This document shows, in pieces, positions 63,817 to 64,000 of a DNA stretch of 64,000 nt (its first letter is position 1; each line of letters starts with the position of its first letter). Location of the stretch: assembly GCA_963707985.1 (NCBI GenBank), contig CAVPRW010000010.1, positions 240,303-304,302 of the forward strand, read 5' to 3'. A program made the position numbers and the translations under genes. Source of the stretch: an uncultured Nitrospinota bacterium (GTDB lineage: Bacteria > Tectomicrobia > Entotheonellia > J063 > CAVPRW01). A model generated the notes under the pieces. It searched no databases, had not been told where the DNA came from, and was given only the letters and a program-made list of their open reading frames with translations.

Positions 63817-64000
63817 TGATTTGACCCTCCACTGGCTGGGTTGTGTAGCGTTTCTTTCCACCTTCACCACTGGTCCAGTTTTTGGGGTCAATTATAGGAG
63901 TACCCGTTGAGCCATACTCCGCGGTGCTGCCGTGCTCCCCTTTGCTGCGCTCTGGTGGTCGCTTAGCAACGCGGCTGGCCTCTATGCGATAGATCCTTCC

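Overview
This is a high-GC (about 60-65%) bacterial chromosomal window. The gene content (TreS-Pep2 fusion, GlgE pathway, GerMN next to an amidase) suggests a Chloroflexota/Thermomicrobia-like or Deinococcus-Thermus-like organism, but that is a guess. The window has three parts.

(1) About 0.1-27.2 kb is a mosaic accessory/defense island.
- Defense-like genes: a DUF4238 gene and a DUF4263 (Shedu-like) nuclease-domain gene share a 34-bp-arm hairpin.
- Mobile elements: an ISAzo13-family IS with 25-bp inverted repeats, an rve-type DDE transposase, and an IS6 element with 17-bp inverted repeats.
- Toxin-antitoxin pairs: VapBC and a HEPN/MNT pair.
- An HprK-like P-loop kinase plus an NTP_transf_5-type nucleotidyltransferase, the pair usually seen in lasso-peptide clusters, sit in an operon with a DUF255 thioredoxin, a membrane protein and a TPR protein.
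- An AT-rich islet lies upstream of that operon, followed by a CusF-like protein.
- A Cas6 N-terminal remnant is followed directly by the HEPN/MNT cassette.
- Four uncharacterised minus-strand genes carry HEPN-like R-x4-H motifs.
- A decayed MmeI-like Type IIG restriction-modification locus and a PD-(D/E)xK nuclease-like gene both show multiple frameshifts.

(2) About 27.2-61 kb is core metabolism.
- A complete trehalose/alpha-glucan (GlgE pathway) cluster glgB-treZ-treY-glgE-treS/pep2 has a family-1 encapsulin plus ferritin-like (EncFtn) cargo pair nested between treZ and treY.
- treY contains an 84-bp in-frame tandem duplication.
- aprBA (APS reductase) is present, followed by redox and transport genes.
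- A higBA toxin-antitoxin locus has a nonsense-mutated toxin.
- A very GC-rich, degraded ISL3 element lies here.
- nudC, a cell-wall amidase with GerMN, rph and rdgB complete this block.

(3) About 61-64 kb holds a tRNA-Pro/Arg/His cluster abutted by a tyrosine-integrase C-terminal remnant, an IS4 transposase with an in-frame stop, and an IS3 OrfA fragment.

Several housekeeping genes (treZ, aprA) show single-base frameshifts, so some apparent pseudogenes may be assembly indel errors. No CRISPR array or rRNA was seen.

The best candidates for something undescribed are the four-gene HEPN-motif cluster at 19.5-21.9 kb and the kinase/nucleotidyltransferase operon at 9.7-15.4 kb, which lacks any lasso-peptide maturase.
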